NCBI GenBank assembly: GCA_965205655.1
Contig: CBDBIJ010000017.1
Coordinates: 477-64,476 of the forward strand
DNA: 64,000 bases
Direction of reading: 5' to 3'
Origin: Candidatus Latescibacterota bacterium
GTDB taxonomy: Bacteria; Latescibacterota; UBA2968; UBA8231
Shown: one piece after another, positions 1-10,164 of the stretch
How the letters are laid out: each line of letters starts with the position of its first letter
Numbering within the stretch: the stretch's first letter is position 1
The notes under the pieces: generated by a model
Database searches by the model: none
Told to the model about the DNA's origin: nothing
Seen by the model: the letters and a program-made list of their open reading frames with translations, nothing else
Translations under genes and position numbers: made by a program

Positions 1-7
1 TGCGAAA

Positions 8-42
8 CTGAGCGGATGCTTAGAATTGGGCGCTCAGTTTTT
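8..42 (+). terminator. Rho-independent terminator-like hairpin
   Basis: CTGAGCG (8-14) pairs with CGCTCAG (31-37) across a 16-nt loop and is followed by TTTTT (38-42). It sits at the window edge, 3' of the minus-strand barrel gene and presumably of an off-window plus-strand gene. Confidence 0.4.
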
Positions 43-78
43 CGCTATGCGCTCAATTATTGGCACATCTAAGTTAGA

Positions 79-571
79 TCAGAGGTCGAACCGAAACCCC
101 AGGGAGATGATATTCGGCCCGCGAAACGTTCCGTCGTCCGCGAAATTGATGTGGTCGCCTCTTCTTACGCCCAGGGTCAAACCGATGTCTTCTACCACAT
201 CGGTATCCACTCCGGCAAACGCGAAATACGGCCCCGACACCGTGGACAGGAACTCCTCCGACATGATCCCGGCGCCGACTCCAAGAATGATGTGAGCGCT
301 GAGGGGGAAGGGCACGCGGAGAGCCCCGGTAACCTCCAGGATGGTGAAATCGTCCTCCCCGATCCCCTGGGAAAGACCGACGCTCGGGCCACCATATCCC
401 CGCAGGCTGCGGGTCAGTTTCAAACCGAGACTGACCCCCTTCGGCCTTCCGCCTGTGAACCCCGTAGCGGCCGACATCGATCTGTACCTGCCACGGTCCG
501 CTGGCCGCGCTGGCTTTCTCCGTTGTGCAGGTGATTGCGGTGAGCGCCAGCATGAGGATCCCGCTTCTCAT
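79..571 (-). pseudogene. Putative outer-membrane beta-barrel protein, frame-disrupted
   Basis: The ATG at 569-571 opens a signal-peptide-like N-terminus (MRSGILMLALTAITCTTEKASA, ORF 74..571). The Gly/aromatic alternating body ending ...NIISLGFRFDL lies in the other frame (ORF 79..477). The frames swap near 465-490. The family call rests on sequence pattern only. Confidence 0.35.
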
Positions 572-654
572 AATGGATAATGTAACACCGACCTGCCTTG
601 CGGGGAGCCTGCAGCTAAACTAAACTAGCCGCTCCGTTTCTCGATTGGAGGTCA

Positions 655-1044
655 ATGATCATGGAAACGCAGCGCTTGAATCCGCCTGGATTGTCAAAAC
701 CCTTGGCGTCCTACTGTCAGGTAGTGAGGAAGGGTTCACTCGTGACCACTGCCGGCATGATTCCCATGAACGACTCCGGCGAAGTAGTCGGAGAGGGCGA
801 CATCGAAGCGCAGACCCGGCAAACGCTCGAAAACATGAAAACCGCGTTGGAGGCCGCCGGCGCCTCGCTAGCGGATGTAGTGAAGACGACCATCTACCTG
901 AGCAACATGGATAACTACAAGGGCATGAACGCGGTGTTCAACGAGTACTTCGAGGCGCATCCTCCGGCTCGCGCGACCGTTCGCGCCGACATCGTGCTAC
1001 CGACCCTCCTTGTCGAAATCGACGCGATCGCCGTCGTCGAATAG
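655..1044 (+). CDS. ridA: RidA/YjgF/UK114-family reactive-intermediate deaminase
   Basis: The 129-aa ORF has the typical family signature (...TAGMIP...GDIEAQTRQTLENMKTALEAAG...VVKTTIYL...ARATV...LLVEIDAIAV). Confidence 0.85.
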   Translation: MIMETQRLNPPGLSKPLASYCQVVRKGSLVTTAGMIPMNDSGEVVGEGDIEAQTRQTLENMKTALEAAGASLADVVKTTIYLSNMDNYKGMNAVFNEYFEAHPPARATVRADIVLPTLLVEIDAIAVVE

Positions 1045-1049
1045 AGCCC

Positions 1050-1667
1050 ATGAGAGTGGTGGCTGTCGGTTGCGAGTACTCCGGTGTAAGTACTCTTATC
1101 GACCAGATCGATTCCTGGGGAAGGGCCAGGGGGATTACGCATCACCTGGACGACCACTTCACCATCCCCGATGCTTCTCACCTCGGTGACGCCGAGCAGC
1201 GGGCGATGCTGGAGATGCTGCCGGCGATAAAAGAGCGTTTTCAGCGCTTCCAGATCGTCTACCACATCCGTCTGCTTCACCGCTACTCCCACATCCTGAT
1301 GGGTGGATTCCACATCGAGGAAGCGGTATACGGTCCCCGCTACTATTACCCCGGCATCGACATACAGGTCCGAGAATACGAGCCGGACCTGCCCGAAGAC
1401 GTCCTGCTCGTACACCTCCATGCCCGCCCGGATGTATTCAGGCAGCGCATGGAGAGCTCACCTCATCCGCACACGCTCGTACCGGGCGCGGACGTCGAAG
1501 CAGTGCTCGACAGCTTTCAGCAGGAAGTGGCTCAGACCTGGATCCGCCGCAAATTCGACATCGATACGTCAGACCTTACCCCGGACCAGTTGTTGGCGAC
1601 GTTTCTCGAGCGCTCGATTCCCCACCTGAACCCGGCGGATGCGCTCACTCGCGTCCAGACCGCGTGA
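1050..1667 (+). CDS. Hypothetical protein, possibly P-loop kinase-like with degenerate Walker A
   Basis: This 205-aa ORF starts 6 nt after ridA. Its N-terminus VAVGCEYSGVSTL resembles a Walker A loop but lacks the Lys. No family was confidently recognised. Confidence 0.5.
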   Translation: MRVVAVGCEYSGVSTLIDQIDSWGRARGITHHLDDHFTIPDASHLGDAEQRAMLEMLPAIKERFQRFQIVYHIRLLHRYSHILMGGFHIEEAVYGPRYYYPGIDIQVREYEPDLPEDVLLVHLHARPDVFRQRMESSPHPHTLVPGADVEAVLDSFQQEVAQTWIRRKFDIDTSDLTPDQLLATFLERSIPHLNPADALTRVQTA

Positions 1668-1681
1668 GGAGCCTCGCGGTT

Positions 1682-3142
<1,461 letters not shown>

Positions 3143-3191
3143 TTATAAAACATTATATTACACAATAGTTCGATTCCGCCGGCGAATGCAG

Positions 3192-3213
3192 ATTGTGGAA
3201 ACGTTTCCACAAT
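3192..3213. promoter_or_regulatory. 22-bp perfect palindrome, LacI/CcpA-type operator-like
   Basis: ATTGTGGAAACGTTTCCACAAT is its own reverse complement. The core TGGAAACGTTTCCA fits the TGnAAnCGnTTnCA pattern of LacI-family operators. It lies in the divergent region between the aminotransferase and the MFS gene. Confidence 0.5.
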
Positions 3214-3390
3214 TGACCTGGTCCCACTATCCAGATCCTCCTCCTTGGAGACCCTCCGCGAACGGCCGAGTGGGACGAGGACCTCGTCAAAGCACTGACC
3301 GTGGGAGAGTATTGAGGAGGCCACCGACATTCCCACTGTCCCAGTTGCACGGGGCGCCGCACATATGATGATCTCCACTGCGGGCGCTCG

Positions 3391-4686
3391 ATGATCACGC
3401 CTCGAGCCAGGGAGGCGCTGGCGCTGCGCCTCAATGACCGGTTCTTCTATGGCTGGGTCATGCTCGGCGTCGGCGCCCTCGGCCTCTTCGCCAGCGGCCC
3501 GGCCCAGTCGCATACCTTTAGCGCCTTCATCACCCCGATCAGCACGGACCTGGGCCTTTCCCGCACCTCCGTCTCCATGGCCTACGCGGGGGCGACCCTG
3601 CTGGCCTCCATCGGTCTACCCTTCATGGGCCGGCTGGTCGACCGTTTCGGCTTTCGAACCATCACCCTCTGGATAAGTCTACTTTACGGCGCTGCGCTCA
3701 TAGCTTTCGGCTACGTCGCCAACCTGATCCTCCTGGCCTGCGGCTTTGCCACCCTGCGATTTCTCGGACAGGGCTCGCTGATGCTCAACAGCAACGGCTT
3801 GGTGTCCCAGTGGTTCAGCCGCAAACGGGGATTCGCCCTCGCCCTCACCGCCCTCGGTTTCTCCCTGAGCATGGCCGTGCACCCGCCGGTGGCCCAGTGG
3901 CTCATCGACCATGTGGGCTGGCGCCAGGCCTGGCTCTGGATGGGGCTGGCGACCTGGGCGCTGTTGCTGCCGGCCGTCTCCACACTCATCCAGAACAAAC
4001 CTGAGGATCTGGGCCTGCGTCCGGACGGCACGCCCCCCGAGGCTCCGGAGGACAGAGCAGCCGCGGCCGAGCCAGCGCCCGCAGCCGACGCCGCCGACAT
4101 CGGCCTTTCCTTGAAAGAGGCGACACGGACAACCGCCTTCTGGATCATCGCTGTCGGCGCCGGCAGCCTGTCGCTGCTGGTCACGGGGATGTTCTTCCAC
4201 CAGGTTTCGATCCTCAGCGACCAGGGTTTGAGCCCCCAGACCGCGTCCCGGATCTTCCCGATTTCGGCCGCCACCATGGTCGTCTTCATGCCCGTCGCCG
4301 GACGACTGCTCGATCGTTTTCCGACGCAACGCGTTTTCGCAGGGGCGCTGCTGGTCATGGGCTGCGCGCTACTGGCGCTGGCTTTCGTCAACGACATCGC
4401 CTCGGCGATCGCCTACAGCGTGATCTTCGGCATCGCCAACGCCGCCAGTCACACCAACATCGCCTACGTCTGGCCGCGGTTCTTCGGGCGCAAACACCTG
4501 GCCAGCATCCTCGGCGTCGCCCAGATGGTCACCGTGGTGGGTGCCTCCGTCGGGCCGCTACCGTTCGGCATCGCCTACGATCTGTTCGGCAGCTACACCG
4601 GGGCGCTGGTAGCGGCCGCCGGGCTGCCCGTATTCTGCGCTGTGGCGGTGTTGTCGATACAGCCGCCACAGCTCGTCAAACCATGA
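3391..4686 (+). CDS. MFS transporter
   Basis: The 431-aa ORF has about 12 hydrophobic segments, a central charged loop (PEDLGLRPDG...) and MFS-like loop motifs (MGRLVDRFGFR, AGRLLDRF). Confidence 0.8.
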   Translation: MITPRAREALALRLNDRFFYGWVMLGVGALGLFASGPAQSHTFSAFITPISTDLGLSRTSVSMAYAGATLLASIGLPFMGRLVDRFGFRTITLWISLLYGAALIAFGYVANLILLACGFATLRFLGQGSLMLNSNGLVSQWFSRKRGFALALTALGFSLSMAVHPPVAQWLIDHVGWRQAWLWMGLATWALLLPAVSTLIQNKPEDLGLRPDGTPPEAPEDRAAAAEPAPAADAADIGLSLKEATRTTAFWIIAVGAGSLSLLVTGMFFHQVSILSDQGLSPQTASRIFPISAATMVVFMPVAGRLLDRFPTQRVFAGALLVMGCALLALAFVNDIASAIAYSVIFGIANAASHTNIAYVWPRFFGRKHLASILGVAQMVTVVGASVGPLPFGIAYDLFGSYTGALVAAAGLPVFCAVAVLSIQPPQLVKP

Positions 4687-4707
4687 CCTGCCGGGTTATC
4701 GAGAATC

Positions 4708-4874
4708 CTAGTGCCCCGCGGCGTAAGTACGTTGCCATAGGTTGAGCGTCGAGGCGCCCGAGTCGCAAGGCGCTCGATCGAGGCATATCGGTGGATATGG
4801 CGAGTGAGAGCAACGCAGCGACTCGGGATGGATCGGCGCTCAACCGGTAACGAACTTGCGCCGCGGAGCACTAG
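4708..4874. repeat. 167-bp MITE/REP-like element with 16-bp terminal inverted repeats
   Basis: CTAGTGCCCCGCGGCG (4708-4723) matches the reverse complement of CGCCGCGGAGCACTAG (4859-4874) at 15/16 positions. The arms stay roughly 80% complementary for about 45 nt (for example GGTTGAGCG with CGCTCAACC). A 27-28-nt inner core (4746-4773) recurs at 43497-43523. The element sits between convergent genes and contains the stop codon of the PhyH gene. Confidence 0.4.
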
Positions 4875-5674
4875 TCAGTTAGCGGGCTGAACCGAAAGAT
4901 CTGCTGGGCCCTTTCGGGAATGTAATCCCAGACCTCCTGGCGCATACCCATCGATTGAGTTCGGGCGTGGAAAGGGCGACGGTACACCAGCGACAGCATG
5001 GTGCGCACCTTCTTGGTCTTGTTTGGCATGCCCCGGTGCCACATCCGCCCATCCCGCAGTACGATGCTCCCCCACGGAGCCAGCATCCTGCAAGAGGTCC
5101 TGTCCCCCGCTATTGAATCAAAGGTCGATATGCCCCCTGGATACGGTCCCGGATACAGGTGCGTTCCCGGCCAGATCTCGGTGGCGCCTGTTTGCTCGGT
5201 GAAGGGGACCAGGGGAATACTGGCCGTCAAGGCCGACGCGGGCAGCGGATGAGATAGATTCTCGAACAGAGGATCCTGGTCGCGATGCACGTGCTGCACC
5301 CTCGAACCGGGCCACGAGTTATTGGTATTGTAAGAAGCGCAGAAGAGATCGGCCCCGAGCACCTGCTCCGCGATCTGCAGGACAAACGGATTCGCCACCA
5401 CCTGCGCATCCATGAACGGCATCTCCCTTGGGGGCCGGACGTTGAAGATCCCGCGTCCCTTGCCGAAGGAATTAGGTCTCTTCGGAGCGGTCGGATGCGC
5501 CTTGAAATGTTGCCGGTGTACCGAAACCATGGCATCGCGAATCTCCTTCAAGAGCGCCGTCGGCACCGCTCCCTTCAGCACGACGTAGCCCACTTCATCG
5601 AGCATCGTCACCGCCTGCTCGAGTTTCTTTTTCGTCAGTTTTCCCCGCTTCAGTTCCTGCGGCGTCGGATTCAT
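4871..5674 (-). CDS. Phytanoyl-CoA dioxygenase (PhyH) family Fe(II)/2-oxoglutarate oxygenase
   Basis: The 267-aa ORF begins with the N-terminal EVGYVVLKGAV motif, has an HxD triad element (VHRDQD) and a distal His region (MWHRGMPN). Confidence 0.8.
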   Translation of the reverse strand: MNPTPQELKRGKLTKKKLEQAVTMLDEVGYVVLKGAVPTALLKEIRDAMVSVHRQHFKAHPTAPKRPNSFGKGRGIFNVRPPREMPFMDAQVVANPFVLQIAEQVLGADLFCASYNTNNSWPGSRVQHVHRDQDPLFENLSHPLPASALTASIPLVPFTEQTGATEIWPGTHLYPGPYPGGISTFDSIAGDRTSCRMLAPWGSIVLRDGRMWHRGMPNKTKKVRTMLSLVYRRPFHARTQSMGMRQEVWDYIPERAQQIFRFSPLTD

Positions 5675-6016
5675 GGCCGGCCTTACTCCTCGCTTCGCTT
5701 ATAGTACACCGCGCTCTAATCAGTGTTCGGCCCCGCGTGGTTCACACGGTTGCCGTCTTGACGCACCATTTTCATCATCTAAACTCGTGGTCCCCCTGAC
5801 TGGCTGTACCTGCCTCAAGGTAATCACCTTTAACGGCACAACAAGTGTGAGGTTTGTCCTGTCGAGTGAAGGGATGCATGAAGAGTAACCGATGAAGCGA
5901 TATGGAGAGCATCCCCGTGATCATGGCAACCGTGCAGGCAACCCCCCGCAGGAACCCGCCAGACTGGGCCGTGCGATGGGAGCTGAGAATGAAGCTGTCT
6001 TGAACGTCGGGCATAA

Positions 6017-7318
6017 TTGTTCCGAGGAGAAGCTGACCTTCGCCGCTCAGATCGGAGTCGACGGGCTCGCCACGCCCAACGGGTGACCGGCTCCTCTATC
6101 AAAGCAGGGCCTCGGCTGCACCCACTTCGAGCATTCCGCAACCGCGCTTTCCGGCGGCTGTTTACGGGCGTCCTCCTCAGTGGGTTCGGCAATTGGGTAA
6201 CGCGCCTGACGGTAGGTTGGTTCGTGTTCGATCAAACCGGGTCGGCGTTGTTGACGGCGGTCTCGTTCGCGATGCAATCCGCGCCCGGGTTGGTGACCGC
6301 CCCGTTCGGCGGTGCCATCGCCGACCGCATCGAACGCCGCTACGTCCTGGCTGGGGCCACGCTGGTCAAGGGGTTGACGGCCATCAGCCTGGCGATCGTT
6401 GCCGTCGACGGCATCGAGTCGGTCTGGCCCGTAATTGCCCTGTTGGCCGTGGCCGGCGCCGTGAACAGCTTCGAGATCCCTGCATCTCAAGCGTTGATCC
6501 CCGACGTAGTCGGTCCCGGAGACGCCATGAACGGCATCGCCGTCAGCTCCGCCGGCCTCAGGGCGATCAGCGCCGTCGGCGCCCTGACAGGAGGCTTCCT
6601 GCTCGAGATCTACGGAGCGCCGACTGCGTTCACGACAGCAGCATTCCTGCACTGGGCCGCGGCCGCCGTTGTCGCACGCCTGCGCGTACCTGCCAGACCA
6701 GGACCGGACGGCTCACGCCGGTCGGTGATCGCCGAGACCAAAGAAGGCGTTCGCATTCTGGTGAGCCTGTCCACCGTGCGGACTTTGCTCATCATGACCC
6801 TTGTGATCGAGGTGCTGTGCTTCTCCCACGCCTCGGTGCTGCCTGTCCTCGCCCGCGATCGACTCGGACTTGATGAATCCGATCTGGGCACGCTGACCGC
6901 CATGGGCGGGTTCGGGTCGTTCCTCGGCGCGCTCGGCCTCACGGCTTTGAGCGAGTTTCGGCACAAAGGTCTGCTGCTGATCGGAGTCGCCGCGGTCTAC
7001 GGCGCCGGCGTGTTAGCACTGGGCGTGTCGGAGCTGTTCGCCCTGTCCATGGTCGTGATCACGATGGTTGGCGTGACGGCAGCGATGTTCGACGCCCTGC
7101 AGTGGGGGCTGCTGCAGGCTAACGTGCCCGACGCCATGCGCGGTCGGGCGCTGGGCGGGTGGATATTTGCAGTCTCATTCGGCTGGATCGGCCACCTGGA
7201 ACTGGGGGCCGTGAGCGATGCGATCGGCGTGCACTGGGCGCTCGCCATTCACGGTGTGCTCACGCTGGTTGTGGCGGTGGTGGCGTTGTCGGTGGCGAAA
7301 TCGCTGAAGCAGGCATGA
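6017..7318 (+). CDS. MFS transporter (EntS/MFS_3-like)
   Basis: The ORF shows the typical start region ...LRAFRNRAFRRLFTGVLLSGFGNWV followed by multiple TM segments. The true start may lie downstream of 6017, since the first ~25 residues are Arg-rich and look non-native. Confidence 0.7.
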   Translation: MFRGEADLRRSDRSRRARHAQRVTGSSIKAGPRLHPLRAFRNRAFRRLFTGVLLSGFGNWVTRLTVGWFVFDQTGSALLTAVSFAMQSAPGLVTAPFGGAIADRIERRYVLAGATLVKGLTAISLAIVAVDGIESVWPVIALLAVAGAVNSFEIPASQALIPDVVGPGDAMNGIAVSSAGLRAISAVGALTGGFLLEIYGAPTAFTTAAFLHWAAAAVVARLRVPARPGPDGSRRSVIAETKEGVRILVSLSTVRTLLIMTLVIEVLCFSHASVLPVLARDRLGLDESDLGTLTAMGGFGSFLGALGLTALSEFRHKGLLLIGVAAVYGAGVLALGVSELFALSMVVITMVGVTAAMFDALQWGLLQANVPDAMRGRALGGWIFAVSFGWIGHLELGAVSDAIGVHWALAIHGVLTLVVAVVALSVAKSLKQA

Positions 7319-7358
7319 GGCGTTCGAAAATGATGCCGGCTCCCCGGATAGCTTCCCC

Positions 7359-8342
7359 CTATCGAGCGACCCGCACCGGTTTCTTGCTCTGAACAGCTTT
7401 GTAAACGGCTTCCGAAAGTCGCGAAACCTGGAGCGCGTAATCGGGGGGCGAATATCCTTTGCCCCCGTTCCGGATCCAATTCAGAAACTCCTGATCCGGC
7501 GTCGACTCCCTGATGCGAGCGGGTACCTTTACTGGCTCGTCATTGTGAAGAATGGACTTGATTCGCCATCCGTGCAGGTGGAACACCAGACTCCCGTCGC
7601 TTCCGTGGATGGCGACACGTTCGTCGTGATGCCGGGCATTGCCAAACGTGTTCAGCGAACCCACGGCGCCCCCTTTGAAGCGGACGCTAACCACCGCATT
7701 GGTGTCCACCTTCTTACCCGCATTCGTCAGAAAGGCGGTTACCTCGGCGGGCTCCAAACCTGTCAGCCACAGCGTGACCGCTACCAGGTGGCTGCCGGTG
7801 TCCATGAACATGCCGCCCCCCGACATCTCCGGATCCAGACGCCAGCCCCTGATTCCACCCCAGTTCTGAGTGACGTAGGCCACGATGCCCCGAAGCTCGC
7901 CGATCGTGCCTCTCTGGATCAGTTCACGAACGTGTAGATACTCCCGATAGTAGTGCCGCTGATAGGCCACCTGCAGGTAACACTTCCTGCGGTCGGCGAG
8001 GGCGATCAAAGACTTCGTGTGCCTGGAGGAAATCGTCAGCGGCTTTTCAACGCACACGTGCAGACCCTTCTGCAGTCCGCTTCGAACCTGCTCATAGTGG
8101 AGGGCGTGTGGAGAGCTGACGAGCAGCGCATCGATGTCCTCCTCCTTGACCATCTGACGATAGTCGTCGTAGTAACATGCTTCGCTCCCCCACCTATCCA
8201 CGAGCGAATCAGCCTGCTCGCGGTCCGGGTCGGCGACGCACACGATCTCCACAGCGCCGTCTGCCTTCAATCTCGGCAGGTGCGCTCCCTTCATGTTTCC
8301 GCCACAGCCGATTAGACCGAGGCGTATGTTCCGTTTCGGCAT
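7359..8342 (-). CDS. Gfo/Idh/MocA-family NAD(P)-dependent oxidoreductase
   Basis: It has a Rossmann N-terminus (IRLGLIGCGGNMKGAHL) and the EKP motif (VCVEKPLT). The start is trimmed to ATG 8340-8342 (MPKRNIRLG...). Confidence 0.85.
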   Translation of the reverse strand: MPKRNIRLGLIGCGGNMKGAHLPRLKADGAVEIVCVADPDREQADSLVDRWGSEACYYDDYRQMVKEEDIDALLVSSPHALHYEQVRSGLQKGLHVCVEKPLTISSRHTKSLIALADRRKCYLQVAYQRHYYREYLHVRELIQRGTIGELRGIVAYVTQNWGGIRGWRLDPEMSGGGMFMDTGSHLVAVTLWLTGLEPAEVTAFLTNAGKKVDTNAVVSVRFKGGAVGSLNTFGNARHHDERVAIHGSDGSLVFHLHGWRIKSILHNDEPVKVPARIRESTPDQEFLNWIRNGGKGYSPPDYALQVSRLSEAVYKAVQSKKPVRVAR

Positions 8343-8457
8343 AGGACCCTCACACGCGAAAGGGGCGAACGCTGTCGCCCGCCCCATTATACTCATTCTG
8401 GACGTCTGGTGGGATGGGCGGCCGACTATCGTGTTCCCCTGACAGCGCGAAACGGGC

Positions 8458-8500
8458 TTGACAAGCGGATGCTCGATATTATACTTAACCATATGGTTAA
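8458..8500 (+). promoter_or_regulatory. Near-consensus promoter plus 16-bp palindromic operator of the arsR-like gene
   Basis: TTGACA (8458-8463), a 16-nt spacer and TATACT (8480-8485) form the promoter. The perfect palindrome TTAACCATATGGTTAA (8485-8500) overlaps the -10 box and contains the ATG at 8493. A TATAAT reads on the opposite strand at 8478-8483. Confidence 0.5.
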
Positions 8501-8849
8501 ATATTCTGAGGCGGAGCTGAACGGGATGTTCGGCGCCCTTGCGGACCCGACGAGACGAAGGATTGTCCAATTGTTGGGCCGTGGTCCGCAGACGGTCACC
8601 GGGATCGCCGCGAACTTTCCGATGTCATTGCCGGCCGTATCGAAACATCTCCGAGTCATGGAGAATGCAGGCGTCGTCTCCCGAAGCAGGAACGGTCGTG
8701 TTCACGAAATATCGCTGAGACCGGAGTCGCTCGAGATGGGAATCGAGTGGTTGCGATGGCACCGGCGATTCTGGAGATCGAGTCTGAAATCATTGAAGGC
8801 ATATGTGGAAGGTCACAACAAGAGAAAGGGGAGAAAAGATGGCGACTGA
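8493..8849 (+). CDS. ArsR/SmtB-family transcriptional regulator
   Basis: The winged-HTH signature is present (FGALADPTRRRIVQLL...TVTGIAANFPMSLPAVSKHLRVMENAGVV). The start is ambiguous between ATG 8469 and ATG 8493. I prefer 8493 because it lies 7 nt after the -10 box, which would make the mRNA leaderless. Confidence 0.75.
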   Translation: MVKYSEAELNGMFGALADPTRRRIVQLLGRGPQTVTGIAANFPMSLPAVSKHLRVMENAGVVSRSRNGRVHEISLRPESLEMGIEWLRWHRRFWRSSLKSLKAYVEGHNKRKGRKDGD

Positions 8850-9276
8850 AGCAAAGTCGGAGGTTCGACTCGAAGTAAGCGAGACGTATGACGCACCGGT
8901 CTCGAGAGTGTACGGAGCCTGGGCACAAGCAGATCAACTGAGCCAGTGGTTCGGACCGGGCCCTTGTCAGGTGCTGGAGGCCGATTTCGAGCCTCGGGTC
9001 GGATCCCACTACACAATCAAGATGGATGTCGGCGAGGAGGTGGCCACCGTCCACGGGCAGTTCACAGAGGTCGTCCCTGAGGAGAAGCTGGGGTTTACGT
9101 GGCAATGGGAAGGTGATGACAACAACTCTCACGTAACCGTGACGTTTTCCGAGCAGGAACACGGCACCAAGGTCACGATCAGTCACGTGGGTCTGGAGCA
9201 CGAAGAGTCGAAAGAGAAGCATCTCATGGGATGGACAGGATCCCTCGCGGAGCTGCACGGGCTCCTCCTCACCTGA
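8839..9276 (+). CDS. SRPBCC / AHSA1 (Aha1-like) domain protein
   Basis: The typical pattern is present (...YDAPVSRVYGAWAQADQLSQWFGP...GSHYTI...GQFTEVVPEEKLGFTW). It overlaps the arsR-like gene by 11 nt, and ArsR-SRPBCC is a common gene pair. Confidence 0.75.
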   Translation: MATEAKSEVRLEVSETYDAPVSRVYGAWAQADQLSQWFGPGPCQVLEADFEPRVGSHYTIKMDVGEEVATVHGQFTEVVPEEKLGFTWQWEGDDNNSHVTVTFSEQEHGTKVTISHVGLEHEESKEKHLMGWTGSLAELHGLLLT

Positions 9277-9307
9277 TTACTTCACCTCCGTCTTCAAGGA
9301 GCTTCCG

Positions 9308-9985
9308 ATGGGCACCATATCGTATCCGAACGAATCGTCCGAGTACAGAGCTGCTCGCGACGACCTTTTGAAATCCGAAATCGAGCTCCGCGCGCACATT
9401 GAACGAGTAGCTGCCCAACGTCGGGAGCTTCCACGCGGTGGTGCGCTCAAGGAAGATTACGAGTTCGTCGAACTCGTCGACGGCGAAAAACGGCGGACAC
9501 GATTCACGGAGCTTTTCGGCGACGGGCGGGACGCACTTTTCCTGTACGGTTTCATGTACTCTCCTGATATGGACGCCGCCTGCCCCATGTGCACGGCGTT
9601 GATCGACGGTCTGAATGGTCAGGCGATCCATCTGGCCCAGCGGATCAGTGTTGCCCTTGTCGCGAAGCACGAGATCGAAGAGATCCACCGGCACGCAGAG
9701 GATCGCGGTTGGTCCCAACTTCGATTGCTCTCATCGGCAGGCAACACCTACAACGCCGACTACCATGGTGAGCAGGACGGAGACCAGAGAACGAACGCCA
9801 ATGTGTTTGTCCGCGACGGTGATGAAGTACGACACTTCTGGGGGGCCGAACTCTCCTTCGAACCGATGATGGAGGGTGGAAACATGCGGCATCTCGATCT
9901 GATCTGGCCGCTGTGGAACGTTCTCGACATGACGCCTGAGGGCCGCGGTCAGTGGTACCCGCAGCTGTCCTACGATGCGGAATGA
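9308..9985 (+). CDS. DUF899 thioredoxin-like protein
   Basis: It has the N-terminal YPNESSEYRAARDDLLKSEIELR motif, a CPMC motif and the downstream GW...SSAGNTYNADYHG segment characteristic of the family as I remember it. Confidence 0.7.
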   Translation: MGTISYPNESSEYRAARDDLLKSEIELRAHIERVAAQRRELPRGGALKEDYEFVELVDGEKRRTRFTELFGDGRDALFLYGFMYSPDMDAACPMCTALIDGLNGQAIHLAQRISVALVAKHEIEEIHRHAEDRGWSQLRLLSSAGNTYNADYHGEQDGDQRTNANVFVRDGDEVRHFWGAELSFEPMMEGGNMRHLDLIWPLWNVLDMTPEGRGQWYPQLSYDAE

Positions 9986-10164
9986 CGGCTGCAGAGCTGT
10001 TTATGGCGATTTTCAGAGCATCAATGAGCAATTCGGATAACAATTGTGATTTTTCGTACGGCATTCGACCCTTCGATTTGATACCTTCTACGTCGCGCTT
10101 TTTTGGACGGGCACGTCTGACCGAAGCCGGTCGGAGTGCAATACCCCTAACGAGGAGGTCTCCC

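Noticed and set aside
5940-6016. Possible TPP riboswitch in the long leader of the MFS gene (GGGAGCTGAGAATGAAGC...GAACGTCGGGCATAATTGTTCCGAGGAGAAG contains CTGAGA and an ATAAT-centred hairpin).
   Set aside because: The P2/P3 pairing partner (ACCC...) and the conserved ACCTGATCTGGATAATGCCAGCG block are not present. The resemblance is limited to two short motifs. A covariance-model scan would settle it.
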